This document shows, piece by piece, positions 50,608 to 61,373 of a stretch of 64,000 nucleotides of DNA (the stretch's first letter is position 1; each line of letters starts with the position of its first letter). Both the position numbers and the translations under genes were made by a program. The notes under the pieces were generated by a model. It made no database searches and was not told the DNA's origin. It worked only from the letters and a program-made list of their open reading frames with translations. Origin of the DNA: Cirrosporium novae-zelandiae (Eukaryota); the NCBI GenBank assembly GCA_026023565.1, contig JAPETS010000016.1:248001-312000 (forward strand), written 5' to 3'.

Positions 50608-51220
50608 AATTCAACGAATTTTCCTTGTTCCTGAACTTCATATTCTCCTGAACTTTAAATCCATCTGGGCAAAAATTCTTCGTTACCTACCTACCTACCT
50701 CTTTATAGATCGTTCGTTTTTGTGGGGATGACCTTGCTTGCGAGCACAGATAATAACTATATCTATATTACTATCTACATATCTACATATATCAACTTAA
50801 CACTCCCTCCCTGTCTATCCATCCTATCCAACCAATAAATGACAACTATTTTCAAAGCTTAATTCTCTACCTTATCCTATTTGTATCTATATCTATATCA
50901 ACATTTCTATCTATATATCAACCCACCCCACCCTCTCGATCCACCACCACCCTGTCTATCCACCCTGTACACCCTCCTCTCTTTTTTTCCTTCCCTGTCT
51001 CCCTATCCATCCTAACCAACCAAAAAATATAAACATAAAATTCAACAAAGTTTTCCTTGTTCCTTGTTCCTGAACTTTAAATCCCGTCTGGGCAAATTCT
51101 CTTATACCTAGACTACCTACCTACTTACCTCTTTATAGATTTATAGATCGCTCGTTTCTTCTGGGATGGATGAATAGAATAGATGGATGAGTCCAAATCA
51201 AAATAACTACATAACTATAT
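50608..51220. repeat. Degenerate tandem duplication with a period of about 430 bp
   Basis: AAATTCAAC..TTTTCCTTGTTCCTGAACTT..AAATCC..TCTGGGCAAA..TACCTACC..CTCTTTATAGATCG occurs at about 50608 and again at about 51038. Confidence 0.8.
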
Positions 51221-52507
51221 ACTTGGGTGATTTATTTTATAAAGGATAATTTCTATTCTATCCTCTCCTATATATCTACGCATCTACATATACCTCCCCA
51301 TCACCGCCACCATCACCACCACCCCTCTCTCTCCTTATCCACCCCATCCACTCCATCCATCCACATCCCCTTCAACAGCCAAATAATTAAAACACAAACA
51401 CACAAACCTAAAAAAACTCAGCGCATCCTTATCCTATTCCATCTAGCTTTAGCTCATTCTAAGTTCATAGCTCGATTTAGTTCAACCCAGTTTGATTTAA
51501 TTTACTTCAGTTCGGTTCACCTTGACTAAAGATATATATACCCATCCCCGCTTATAACAAAACAACCCCAAAAAAAAAACAGCCAAAGCAAAAAAACCAA
51601 AGCAATAAAGAGAAAAAGAGAGAAAAAAAGGGCTATAACTATAATTATAATCACGATGATTTATTTAACCTAATTACTAAGCTACCAAGATGCCGCTACC
51701 TGGCCTAGCTATCTAAGCTACTCAGACCAACTAACCAGCTCCTCAGTTAGCCAACTCCAACTCCAACTCCAGATATGGGATATACCTATATAACAATACC
51801 CATCCAAATCCCCAAACCCACTAATCCTCAATCCCCAAAACCAAAATTCCTTAATTAATAATAATAATAATAATAATAACAAATAGCCCCCAACGCACAA
51901 CGCACAACGCCAATTCTTCTCCTTCCTTCCTTCGTATATATACGTACATATATATCCCCTTTCTCAGCCCCCGATGGTGTTTTTTTCGATGCCATGGCAA
52001 GGAAAGGAAAAGGGGGGTAAGTGTTGCGTGTTAGTAGTAGGGTAGGGCATAGGGTATAGAAGCGTGGACATTTGTTCGTTTCTGGTTTAATGGGGAATAG
52101 GGAATTTAAAAGTAGATATGGCTCTGTTTTTGAGGGTGGTGGTAGTGGGGAATGGGTATTAAAAATTTAAAAAAAAAAAAAAATGCAGGGGGTGAGGGGA
52201 TTGGGATATTTTTTATATCATTTATAATATATTATCAAGGATTGGGTTCCGATAGTTGTAGGGTAAACGGCACGGGGGTGCGTTGCTCGCGCATAACGTA
52301 GTAATTAGTATTTGAATAGTAGTAGTAGTAGTAGTTATTATCAGTATAACACAAGACTGAAAGCTGGGCTTTCCTAGCCCCCCCCTCCTTTCCCTCTATA
52401 TAAAGTCCCCTCTCTATATATAAAGTCCCCTTATTCTATGGCGACTTATCGACGCCATATTCTCGCTTACGTCCCGTAGGTCTGGAACCGAGTCCTGCTG
52501 CTCCACT

Positions 52508-52572
52508 CTATTCTATTCTATTCTATTCTATTCTATTCTATTCTATTCTATTCTATTCTATTCTATTCTATT
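52508..52572. repeat. (CTATT)13 microsatellite
   Basis: Direct reading of the sequence. Confidence 0.95.
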
Positions 52573-53994
52573 CTACTCTACTTTCCTTGCTTCCTTTGTG
52601 ACGGGGAGATGGGGAGATGGGGAGAAGAGGGAGAAGAGGGGGAGATGTGGGTATGGGATAGACGGGTGGATGTAATAGATATAATATAGGAAAAGATAGA
52701 TATGGATATGGATAAGGATGGGATCGGATCGGATAGGAGAGATGTATTTCGATTTACTTATTTGCCTGCCTGCCCAGAGGTATCTAGACACCTATCTAGA
52801 TGCCCAACTTACCTGCATTGCCTACCTGCCTTACTTGCTTTGTCTCGCTTGTTTACCTAGGTGCTTAGCACGTTACCTTACCTACCCTCCCCTTAATCTC
52901 TACTCTCTACCCTCTACCATATCCCTATAACCCTATTCCATCCCCCTATCCTCTTTTTTTTTTTTTTTTCCCTTTCCTCTGCAGCCAATTCATATTCTTC
53001 TCTCCTTCTTCTTCTTCTTCCTCTCCTTCTTTACTTTATATTCCCACCCACTCCACGACTCCAACCCCCCCCCCCAACCCCCCTCAAAAAATCAAAAAAA
53101 AACAATTTCTATATATCATGATTGGAGTTGAAGAGTTGAAGAGTAGAAGAAATACGTAACACGAAACTTCCTTCTCCCTCTTTCTTTCATTTTCATTTTC
53201 ATTTTCATTTTTTTTTTTAAAAAAAAAAGGGGGGGGGAGGGGGGGTATTGAAACTTTCAGGGGTTAAAGAAGGGGGGTATAAAGGATATATAGTGGACAC
53301 ACACACACACGTACGTATTCAGCACGAAGGCGTTAGCAGTTAATTATATCAATGAATCCCAACCCTAATCCCGATCTCGGTTTTTGGTTTTTTTTTTTGG
53401 TTTTTTTTGGAAATGGATATAGATACGAGATGTTTAGATGTCCATATCCATATCCATATCCTGAGCCTGAGTAAGGTCATTATGATTTCTTTTTTTCTTT
53501 TTTTCTTTCTCTCTTTTGCTTTTCTTATATTGTTTAATTGGGAGGAACATATATTCTCCCCTAGCTAAGCTAGGATACGTCGAGTTTTTAGGTTTGCACC
53601 TATTTGTGTCTGTGTCTGTGTCTATCTGGTGGGAATTTGGAAACATAAAGTGTGGGTATGTATGTATGTATGTATATATGTATGGAAGAAAAAATATGTA
53701 TGCCTCGAGGTGATCGAGGTGAGGAGGTTAGGAGAGGAAGAGATGGATGAATGTATTCGCTTCCTGTGAGTCTGTGAGCCCGCGAAGGGTGTACTCTACA
53801 TTTCATTCTAGGTTTTGGTTTTGGGTTTGGTTATCTAGGTGGTAAACTAAGTAAGTCGTTTAGTAATCCATCATGATATTTTGGCCTTTTCTTGTCTATA
53901 TATATATCTATATATATCACACATACCACATCCAGCTTCGTATTGATCATCATTATTTTCCATATGCTGCTGCCGTTGCCGCTACCTACTCAAC

Positions 53995-55495
53995 TCAGAC
54001 ACGTCTGAGGTTCCTCCAACCAAACGACGAGGTCTGTTTCACCACGTTCACGTCCCCGTCCCCTTTCTCAGCCTCCAGCCGTTTTAGATCCCTGACCTTC
54101 CACGCCCTGACGCACGCCACAAACAAGCCCGAAATGATGTATATGCACCCAGCAAATATCTGAGGATGCAAATACACGTCCCCGGTTTTCGATCTCATTT
54201 CCAGCGCGATGGGTTCCGAGAACGTCGTCGGCAGGACCAGGACTAGCCAGGTGAGGCTCAGACAGGCGGGAAGTTCTTTTAGGCCGACGACCTCGGCGCC
54301 CACGGGAGCAACCGCGGTCCAGTAGGTGCCGGATACGGTGCCGACGATCAAGGCAAAGAAGATGAGAACGCCGTATGACTTGGCGAAGATCCAGACGACG
54401 AGGCAGAGGAGGCCGCAGACGAAACTTGCGGCTGTGGCAATGTTGATGGGGCCGACGGCATCGCCAAACATGCCGATCAGGGGGCGGCCGATTCCCTGAC
54501 CGAGGTTGAGCAGTGCCCCGATGATGGAGCCCTGTTGTGTGCTGAGGCCGATGCTGGTGGCATACGAGGGGAGCGAGAAGAGGAGGACAACGTATCCGAG
54601 GATATAGGAGATGCCCCAGGCAAGGTAGAGGTTGAATTCGAGACGGCGGAAGAGCTTGTAAGAGAATGGAGCCGTGGACACGCCGATTGCTTTGTTGCGA
54701 TCCCGGATTAGAATGCCGGAAATGAAGTTGCAGGTGAAGGATAGGATCCCAAGTACGCGAAATGCCCACGGTAGACCAATATTTTCGATCATTGCGCCTG
54801 TGGCGAGGTTGTATACCATGGCTCCGATTCCGCTTCCGCCAGTTGCGATGCCGTTGGCAATGTTCCTGCGGGTGGTGAACCACTGTGACGGCACGGAAAT
54901 CGAACCTGTGAACAGAAAGCCCATGCCAATTCCAAAGCATGCCCCTTGGGTAAGAAATAGCTGCCAGATTTGATTTGTAAACGACGCGGCGATGAGAGCA
55001 ATCGTCTGAAAGGCCACGCCAAACATGATTGTGGTTCGGCTTCCATATTTGCCTAGGATCCAGGTGGCCACGGGAGCTGTTATAAAGGAGACTGAGATGG
55101 AGAGACCACCAACAAAGGCGTATTCAAGCGCCGTCGCTCCAGGGTAAGTGTTGGTTGATAGGTAATGGGCCAGAAATACGCCGAATGTCTGTTCGTTGAA
55201 AGAGTAAGCAGAGTAGAAAGACGAGATATACAAGATGGGCCTGCCAAACACTATTGATTCCCCACGAATTCCCATTGATCAAGCACACACAGGCAACACA
55301 AACCCACCCATAACCTCCGTTGGGGGGTTCATCCTTCACGGTCAAGATGGAAGCCTCTTCAGGCTCCCTTTTCCCTATAATAGTTGGAGGTTGTGGCTGT
55401 GGTTCCCATAAGCTCGGAACTTGTGTTTGCGTTGTGGCAGTAGAATCGTCCTTGAAATCGTCATTTTGATCTTTCTTCATCTCCATATTCCCCAT
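53995..55495 (-). CDS. MFS transporter, monocarboxylate porter (MCH-like) family; 2 exons
   Basis: EPPNGGYGWVCV...WGINS|TFGVF, GACFGIGMG, QWFTTRR..ANGIATGGSGIG, GRPLIG..GDAVG and many hydrophobic helices. Intron 55249-55189. Confidence 0.9.
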
Positions 55496-55897
55496 ATCAA
55501 ATCCAAAAGACCTTGGATGATCGATTGAATTTCTCAGTGACTCAGATTCCAGGTCATTAAATAACACAGGCCAAATGTAGTGTACCTCAGGCATCGACTC
55601 CCCAAAGCTCCACCCAAGTTCGGTAATTCGGCATATTACGTTAGATCCGGCCGACTCCTCATGGTTCCTCCCTCCAGTTCTTTCATCGTGAGTGGAGTTT
55701 TCCTCAACGCTGTAGCTCGACTTACCTACATGCTAGCCAAAAAATAAGTAGTACTTGAGTAGAATGACTTGGTTGAGTAGATGGCCGATAACGGTTGATC
55801 GGTCTTTCGGTCTTTTCGGTTTTTCGAGGCCAGTCGGGGATTTATACAACCTTTGCCCGAACAGACTGACCTACGGTACCTACTTTAAGTGTACGAG

Positions 55898-55950
55898 TGT
55901 ACTGTACCTGTACTGTACCTGTACTGTACCTGTACTGTATCTGTACTGTA
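55898..55950. repeat. 11-bp tandem repeat (TGTACTGTACC) x about 4.8
   Basis: Direct reading of the sequence. Confidence 0.85.
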
Positions 55951-56621
55951 ACTAGGCAATCAGCTATACGAATCAATTAATCAAGCAATAACCAATCCAT
56001 CCGAATAGACTTATATCTTTAATATACTTAATTCCTTAGATCTATGTCATGGATGATAGCTTCAGTTTTATTGATTTTATTATTGCACTATGATTACTTT
56101 AGTAGTAGTATTCATCCTCATGTCATTAACTAGGGGCGATGGTTTTATGTACAGCTGTGCTACCCAATCCCACCCGAGACAGATAGCCCAGTTCACCCCC
56201 CTTTTCACAACCTTCCACCTCTATCCCACCAACAACCGGACTTGATCCAGGGGAACCTCCACGTAACCTCATCAACCATAGATCAAGCAAAGGAGTGACA
56301 TATGCGATAATCCAACAAACGTAGCGGGTATAATCGCGAAAACAAAAAAACCTGTATCACAATCCTCAACTCGGACTCCAGCAGAATAGAAATATTGGCG
56401 AGCTGCGCCCGTGGCCAGTTAAACTTTTATAAACAGAAAGGAACCCAGGATAGTGCATGTGGTGGCGACGGCACGATGCACATGGGCTGGTGTATTCGTA
56501 GTGGTATAGAAAGGTGTAGCGTGTATGAGCAGTATAGCTCGTATGTGTCATTGGATCCGGTCTGTGTCGACGATCCGAAAAGAGTGTGATGTGTATGTGC
56601 TGCGATGAACACTTATTATGA

Positions 56622-59201
56622 TTATCGGTTATCTCCCAAGTTTAGCCAGCTCATATCATCTGGCCTCGGTGGTCTCGATGGCCCCGAACGCCCTTCAGTC
56701 TTAGTATCTTGTCTATCATTTCCTCCATAGTCACCCCGCTCACTCCCATAATCACTCTCATAGCTAGGCCACATCGTTCCGCCTGTGGCTCCACTATCCC
56801 TTACTCCTTGTCCTTGTCGCTCTGCAATGGCTGCAGGCATCGCCGGCATAGGGAAACTTGGTATTCGAACTGATTGGTCGCCATAGTAGCTGCTGATGTC
56901 GTACGCGCTGCTGGCCGGCCGAGCCACGCTGCTTGCACGACCAACATCCAAATCACCATCCTTCGGCAAGTCGGCATTTCTACTTAGGTCATAAGCGGAA
57001 CTTGAGGGACGGCCTTGGGTTATCCGGTTGGGATTGGCATTGGCATTATCGTCTCCTGGGAGATCCCCGTTTCGAGATAGGTCATAAGCGCTCGATGAAG
57101 GGCGTGGTTGTGCGGGTGTTTGGAGAGGCGGTTGTGGGGTGAGAGGAATCACATACTCGGTATTGCGGTTGAGGTCGTATGTGCTGCTAGAAGGGCGAGG
57201 ATCCCACCCATTTGCAGCATCAACTGGTGTCCAAGGCTCCTGAATGCTAGCTGACATTCCGGGGGAAAGGCTGTTAAAATGTCCATCGTCCGAATCCCGC
57301 GAGTGCATTGATACAGAGGAGGTTGATATCCGGGCAGTCATACCTTCGGTCAAGGCTAGCCCTGCTCCATCGATCGAAGGATGTTCGATCGTTGGAGAAG
57401 CGCTGTGCACCGAGTCAAAATGCTGGCGGCTCGCTGCCACTGCAATTTTAAGTGGTGGTATATCCGCGGATATATGATGCACTGAAGATGGAGTATAGTC
57501 TAAATACGCGGAAGTGGCTTCTGAACGTCGGGCTGCTTCGGCATTGGACGGCTCATGGGCACTCGCGGTTGAGAAATATTTACTCCAGCCGGTGTCATTG
57601 TTGCGGGGCTCGGTGCGTGCGACGCCTGTTGCTGCTGCTTTGGGTTTGCCAAGCTCAGGGTCGAATGTGACTTTGGATGCAGATGCATCTGGGTTGGCCT
57701 GTGGGCGATATGTATCGGGTTTCCCGCGACCGAATATGGAAGCAGGGCTATGGGTTCGGCCGAAGAAACTTTTTGTTTCTCGGTATCTTGGTCGGCCTGT
57801 TAGGATTGCCATTGAATCCTGAGAACTAGCAGAGTAAACTTGCCTGCGGCCAGGTGCCCCTTCGGCTTCTTTCATGTAATCGACACCGCGATCGGCAAAA
57901 TCCATCCCCTCTTTGTTTTCGATGGGGTAGCTGATTTGCCGCTTATGCAGTGCCGCATCCTTCTTTGCACGGCACCATTTTAGGAGGATAAGAAGGAAGA
58001 CGAGCATTGCGGCGATGCCAAATATAGTGCCTAAGGTGGCCCCGAGAATAGTCAGTGTTGGCAGATTTGTGGTGCTGGAGTCGGAAGTTGCAGCTGCATC
58101 GCTGGATGTCGTTGTTGACGATGACGACGACGAGGCTGCAGGGGAAGAAGAAGAAGTGGAGGAAGAGCTGGATTCGGTTGGCTTTGAGTCTGTTACAGTG
58201 GCTGAGTTTCCAAAGAAGTGGGTGGTATTTAGCCAGGTGTTGCCGGTCTGGTTGAACATTGATAGAGAATCTTCACTGTTTCCCCCTGAGATGACAATCA
58301 AACCACTAGAACTCTGCGCCATGGAAAAGTTGGTTCTCTTTGTGTCAGGGGCATATGAGTCGTTGTAGGTTGGAAAATTCGAGAGCGTCAGATCGCGCTC
58401 CGCCAGAAAACGAGAGCTGGATGACGATGAAGATCCAACATCATCACCCCAAGAGGCCACATCTCCATTGGCATCTATCAAAGCATACGTACTGACAACG
58501 TTAGGAGAAACGTCCATACTGAAGATTTCCAAGATCTTGCTGCCATCGCTTCCGTCAATAAGTGCCGTTTGCACCTTGCTTCGATTTTCCAGACTTTGTA
58601 CCACACCAACGTTAAGGTTCACCCATCCGTTCGTAGAATCAAATGTGAAAATCTCGTAGTTGGAGCTATCCCCACCCATTTCGACAGCATGGCTACTGTT
58701 AAAGGGCATTACGATGGGATTCAATCCGGGAGGTGCATCTGAGGAAAAGGATTGCACATTATACGGTGATACAGTAGAAATCAGGAATGTCGAAGATGAA
58801 AGTGTAGTATCTCCAGTCTGCGAGCCCGCATAGACGAGAATTGAGGAAGAGTCGTTCAGGAATGCCGAACCGTGGTACACTCTATCTGTGGTCACTTGAA
58901 CAAGAGGCGAAATGCTTTCCCATGACTTGTCGTTAAAAGAATAGGCCTGCAGGCCCGGGTAGTTGGCGATTGAGCTGGTCCCGCCGACAACCCAAAGGGC
59001 AGGCTTTAGGCTATTTCCATCCAAATACCCCAAATTGCACGTTGCGCCAGTCACCGAAACTCCATTAGTCAGTTTTGACCATTCCGCATCTTCTTCTAAA
59101 GGAAGCTTTAGGAAAGCTTTGGGGGAATAAACGTAAAGTGTGTTGTCGTAGATAACGGAGCAATGGTTCTCCAACGTCACAGGGGGTGATGGACTTGGCA
59201 T
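56622..59201 (-). CDS. Single-pass membrane protein: kelch/beta-propeller-like N-domain, Ser/Thr stalk, TM helix, repeat-containing tail
   Basis: 859-aa ORF with kelch-like LWVVGG, ILVYAG, VEMGG and IVISGG strands, a Ser/Thr-rich stalk, and TM ILGATLGTIFGIAAMLVFLLILL followed by KWCRAKK. Confidence 0.8.
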   Translation of the reverse strand: MPSPSPPVTLENHCSVIYDNTLYVYSPKAFLKLPLEEDAEWSKLTNGVSVTGATCNLGYLDGNSLKPALWVVGGTSSIANYPGLQAYSFNDKSWESISPLVQVTTDRVYHGSAFLNDSSSILVYAGSQTGDTTLSSSTFLISTVSPYNVQSFSSDAPPGLNPIVMPFNSSHAVEMGGDSSNYEIFTFDSTNGWVNLNVGVVQSLENRSKVQTALIDGSDGSKILEIFSMDVSPNVVSTYALIDANGDVASWGDDVGSSSSSSSRFLAERDLTLSNFPTYNDSYAPDTKRTNFSMAQSSSGLIVISGGNSEDSLSMFNQTGNTWLNTTHFFGNSATVTDSKPTESSSSSTSSSSPAASSSSSSTTTSSDAAATSDSSTTNLPTLTILGATLGTIFGIAAMLVFLLILLKWCRAKKDAALHKRQISYPIENKEGMDFADRGVDYMKEAEGAPGRRQVYSASSQDSMAILTGRPRYRETKSFFGRTHSPASIFGRGKPDTYRPQANPDASASKVTFDPELGKPKAAATGVARTEPRNNDTGWSKYFSTASAHEPSNAEAARRSEATSAYLDYTPSSVHHISADIPPLKIAVAASRQHFDSVHSASPTIEHPSIDGAGLALTEGMTARISTSSVSMHSRDSDDGHFNSLSPGMSASIQEPWTPVDAANGWDPRPSSSTYDLNRNTEYVIPLTPQPPLQTPAQPRPSSSAYDLSRNGDLPGDDNANANPNRITQGRPSSSAYDLSRNADLPKDGDLDVGRASSVARPASSAYDISSYYGDQSVRIPSFPMPAMPAAIAERQGQGVRDSGATGGTMWPSYESDYGSERGDYGGNDRQDTKTEGRSGPSRPPRPDDMSWLNLGDNR

Positions 59202-60232
59202 GTTGAAGTTCGATTAAAGTGTCGGGGGGATATTAGATGTATTGGTGTAAACGAGTGTAAGATGAGAAGGAATAAATCAGCGTTGCGGTTGTTGTTATTT
59301 GTTGTTGTTGTTGTTGAATGAATGATGAAAGGCAAGCCAGTTACTGCATGTCGATTGCGATTGAAACGAATGGAAGCAGGATATTTCTCGAAATGTCCGC
59401 GATAGTGAATGCGATCAACCAGACCTTTGTGCTGGGAGTTCCGCCACCGTTCAGAGAGACATGGAAGCGGAATGCGATATCAATATGTGCAATTCTTGAT
59501 CTTATCCAAAGATCGACAACGACAGCAAACAAAGTTCCGAAAACTGATCAACCGAGTCCTGCTCTTTCTTTCTTTCTTTCTTTCTTTCTTTCCCTTCAAG
59601 ATCTTACACGGAATAAATGGCAAAGGATCTGCGAAGATGTGCAGCGAGAGTGGATAAGGGAGGCGCGGTGGTGGTTCAGAGGGGGGTCGAATCAGGCCAC
59701 AGGCCGGTTTGTGATATGCGGATGAACAAATTTCAAAATGGAATTTGTCTCGTTTGAATTTAAAACACTTTCCGGAAGCTATGACTAGGAGTACTTTTCC
59801 GTCCCAAATATGGCCACCAAACGGGTCTGTCGAGGATGAAAAGTCGCAGAGGAACTTTTTGGTAGGAGAGAAGGACTAAAGTTTTCGCGAAAGCAGGAGG
59901 AGGAGGAGGGGTGGGAGGAGATGGGTGGATATGAGATGGGAAAGAAGTGACTTGCAGGATGGAGATGGGTGATGGGGACAAGTTTCTTACATGGATTCAG
60001 GGAGTACGTGGTAGTGGATGTGGTAGTGGATGTGGTAGTGGATGGATAGTGGGAGGTAGGAAGTTAGAGATGGAACACCAAAGCACACTATTTGGGCTAT
60101 TTTCGGGACAGATCCGAGCAGAACGTGGACAGACTGACCTTTCAGACTTTAGTTTATGACCAATCTGGCCTGAATTTGGAGGTTTTTCTCTATTTTTTGG
60201 GGGGAGTTTTTTTTTGGGGTGGTAGAAGGGAG

Positions 60233-60235
<3 letters not shown>

Positions 60236-60272
<37 letters not shown>
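60236..60272 (+). repeat. G37 homopolymer (poly-C on the sense strand of the downstream minus-strand gene)
   Basis: Direct count. Confidence 0.9.
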
Positions 60273-61373
60273 CTGGGGGCTAGGAGGAGGGGAAGAGGAA
60301 GCCGAAAGAGAGCGAGAGAGCCCGTTTTACGCGTTGGATGTTTGGATGTAACTTGTTGGAGACTGATAGATTGATTAGACCTTATTCCCAGCTTAGGTAT
60401 CATTCATCATCATTATTATTATTATTATTATCATCACTTAATTAATTCATTAGTACTGGTAATAAAACATAAAAGGATAACAGAAGAAGACTTTTAATTG
60501 ACTGTTCGTCGATGATTATCAAATTTACCTTTTATTTCATCATCACCAATCATTGTGCATTTGTTGGTGATTCTGTGATAGCATATCCGAGACTGACTTT
60601 TTAGAGGTTTGGTTGAGTTGATCAGCTGGGTCAATATACCTACCTCTGGGTATTTGTTTGGTTGATGGTTAGTTCGAGTAATGCCAAACAGTCGGGTGAA
60701 AAGGACCAGACGTACAGTATCATTCCCAAGTGGGCAATTGGGTTTCGGGTTGTTTCTTCCCTTGTTCTTTTCCCCTGCATTAGTTTCCACTTAGTCTTGT
60801 CGCACCATTCGGTCATTCAGCCCCCAACACCCCCCCCAACACCCCCCAACACCCCCCAATACACCCCTCAGACACCCCCCCCCAAACAAGGGAACCTAGG
60901 TTCCGCCCGCCTCCGTCTATACCTTTTCTCCAGATTTTCCAGGCCTTGAATTTCCTTCCACATGGATATCATCATAAGTCATCATTCATATCCTCGTAGC
61001 CTTGTCTTCAACAATCATGGGAAATTGAAATTGCCCATAAGCACCATCTGCCGTCATCGAGAAGATGCTTAAACATCATGGATCAACGTTGAAAATCTCC
61101 CGAATCAAAATGATTTCATCTTACGAACCCCCCTTGGTGTCTGCCTACCGTGTCTGCCTCGCTATCAAGGAACCATTGGAAGAGTAAACTGATCGAAAAC
61201 AGAAACCCTAAAAAAATACTAATTCATTCTAGAAGTATGCAGTCCAGCTCATAGAGGGGCCAGCCTCTTGAAGGATTGGCCCACAAACATGTAAAGAAGT
61301 GAAGGGAAACAGCAATCCATTCCCGTTCCGTCCCCTGATTGACCCTCAACCTTTTATTAACCCTCTGATGCCC

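Noticed and set aside
52430..52500. Small hairpin TATGGCG...CGCCATA as a tRNA/ncRNA
   Set aside because: Only a 7-bp stem, with no cloverleaf or A/B boxes.
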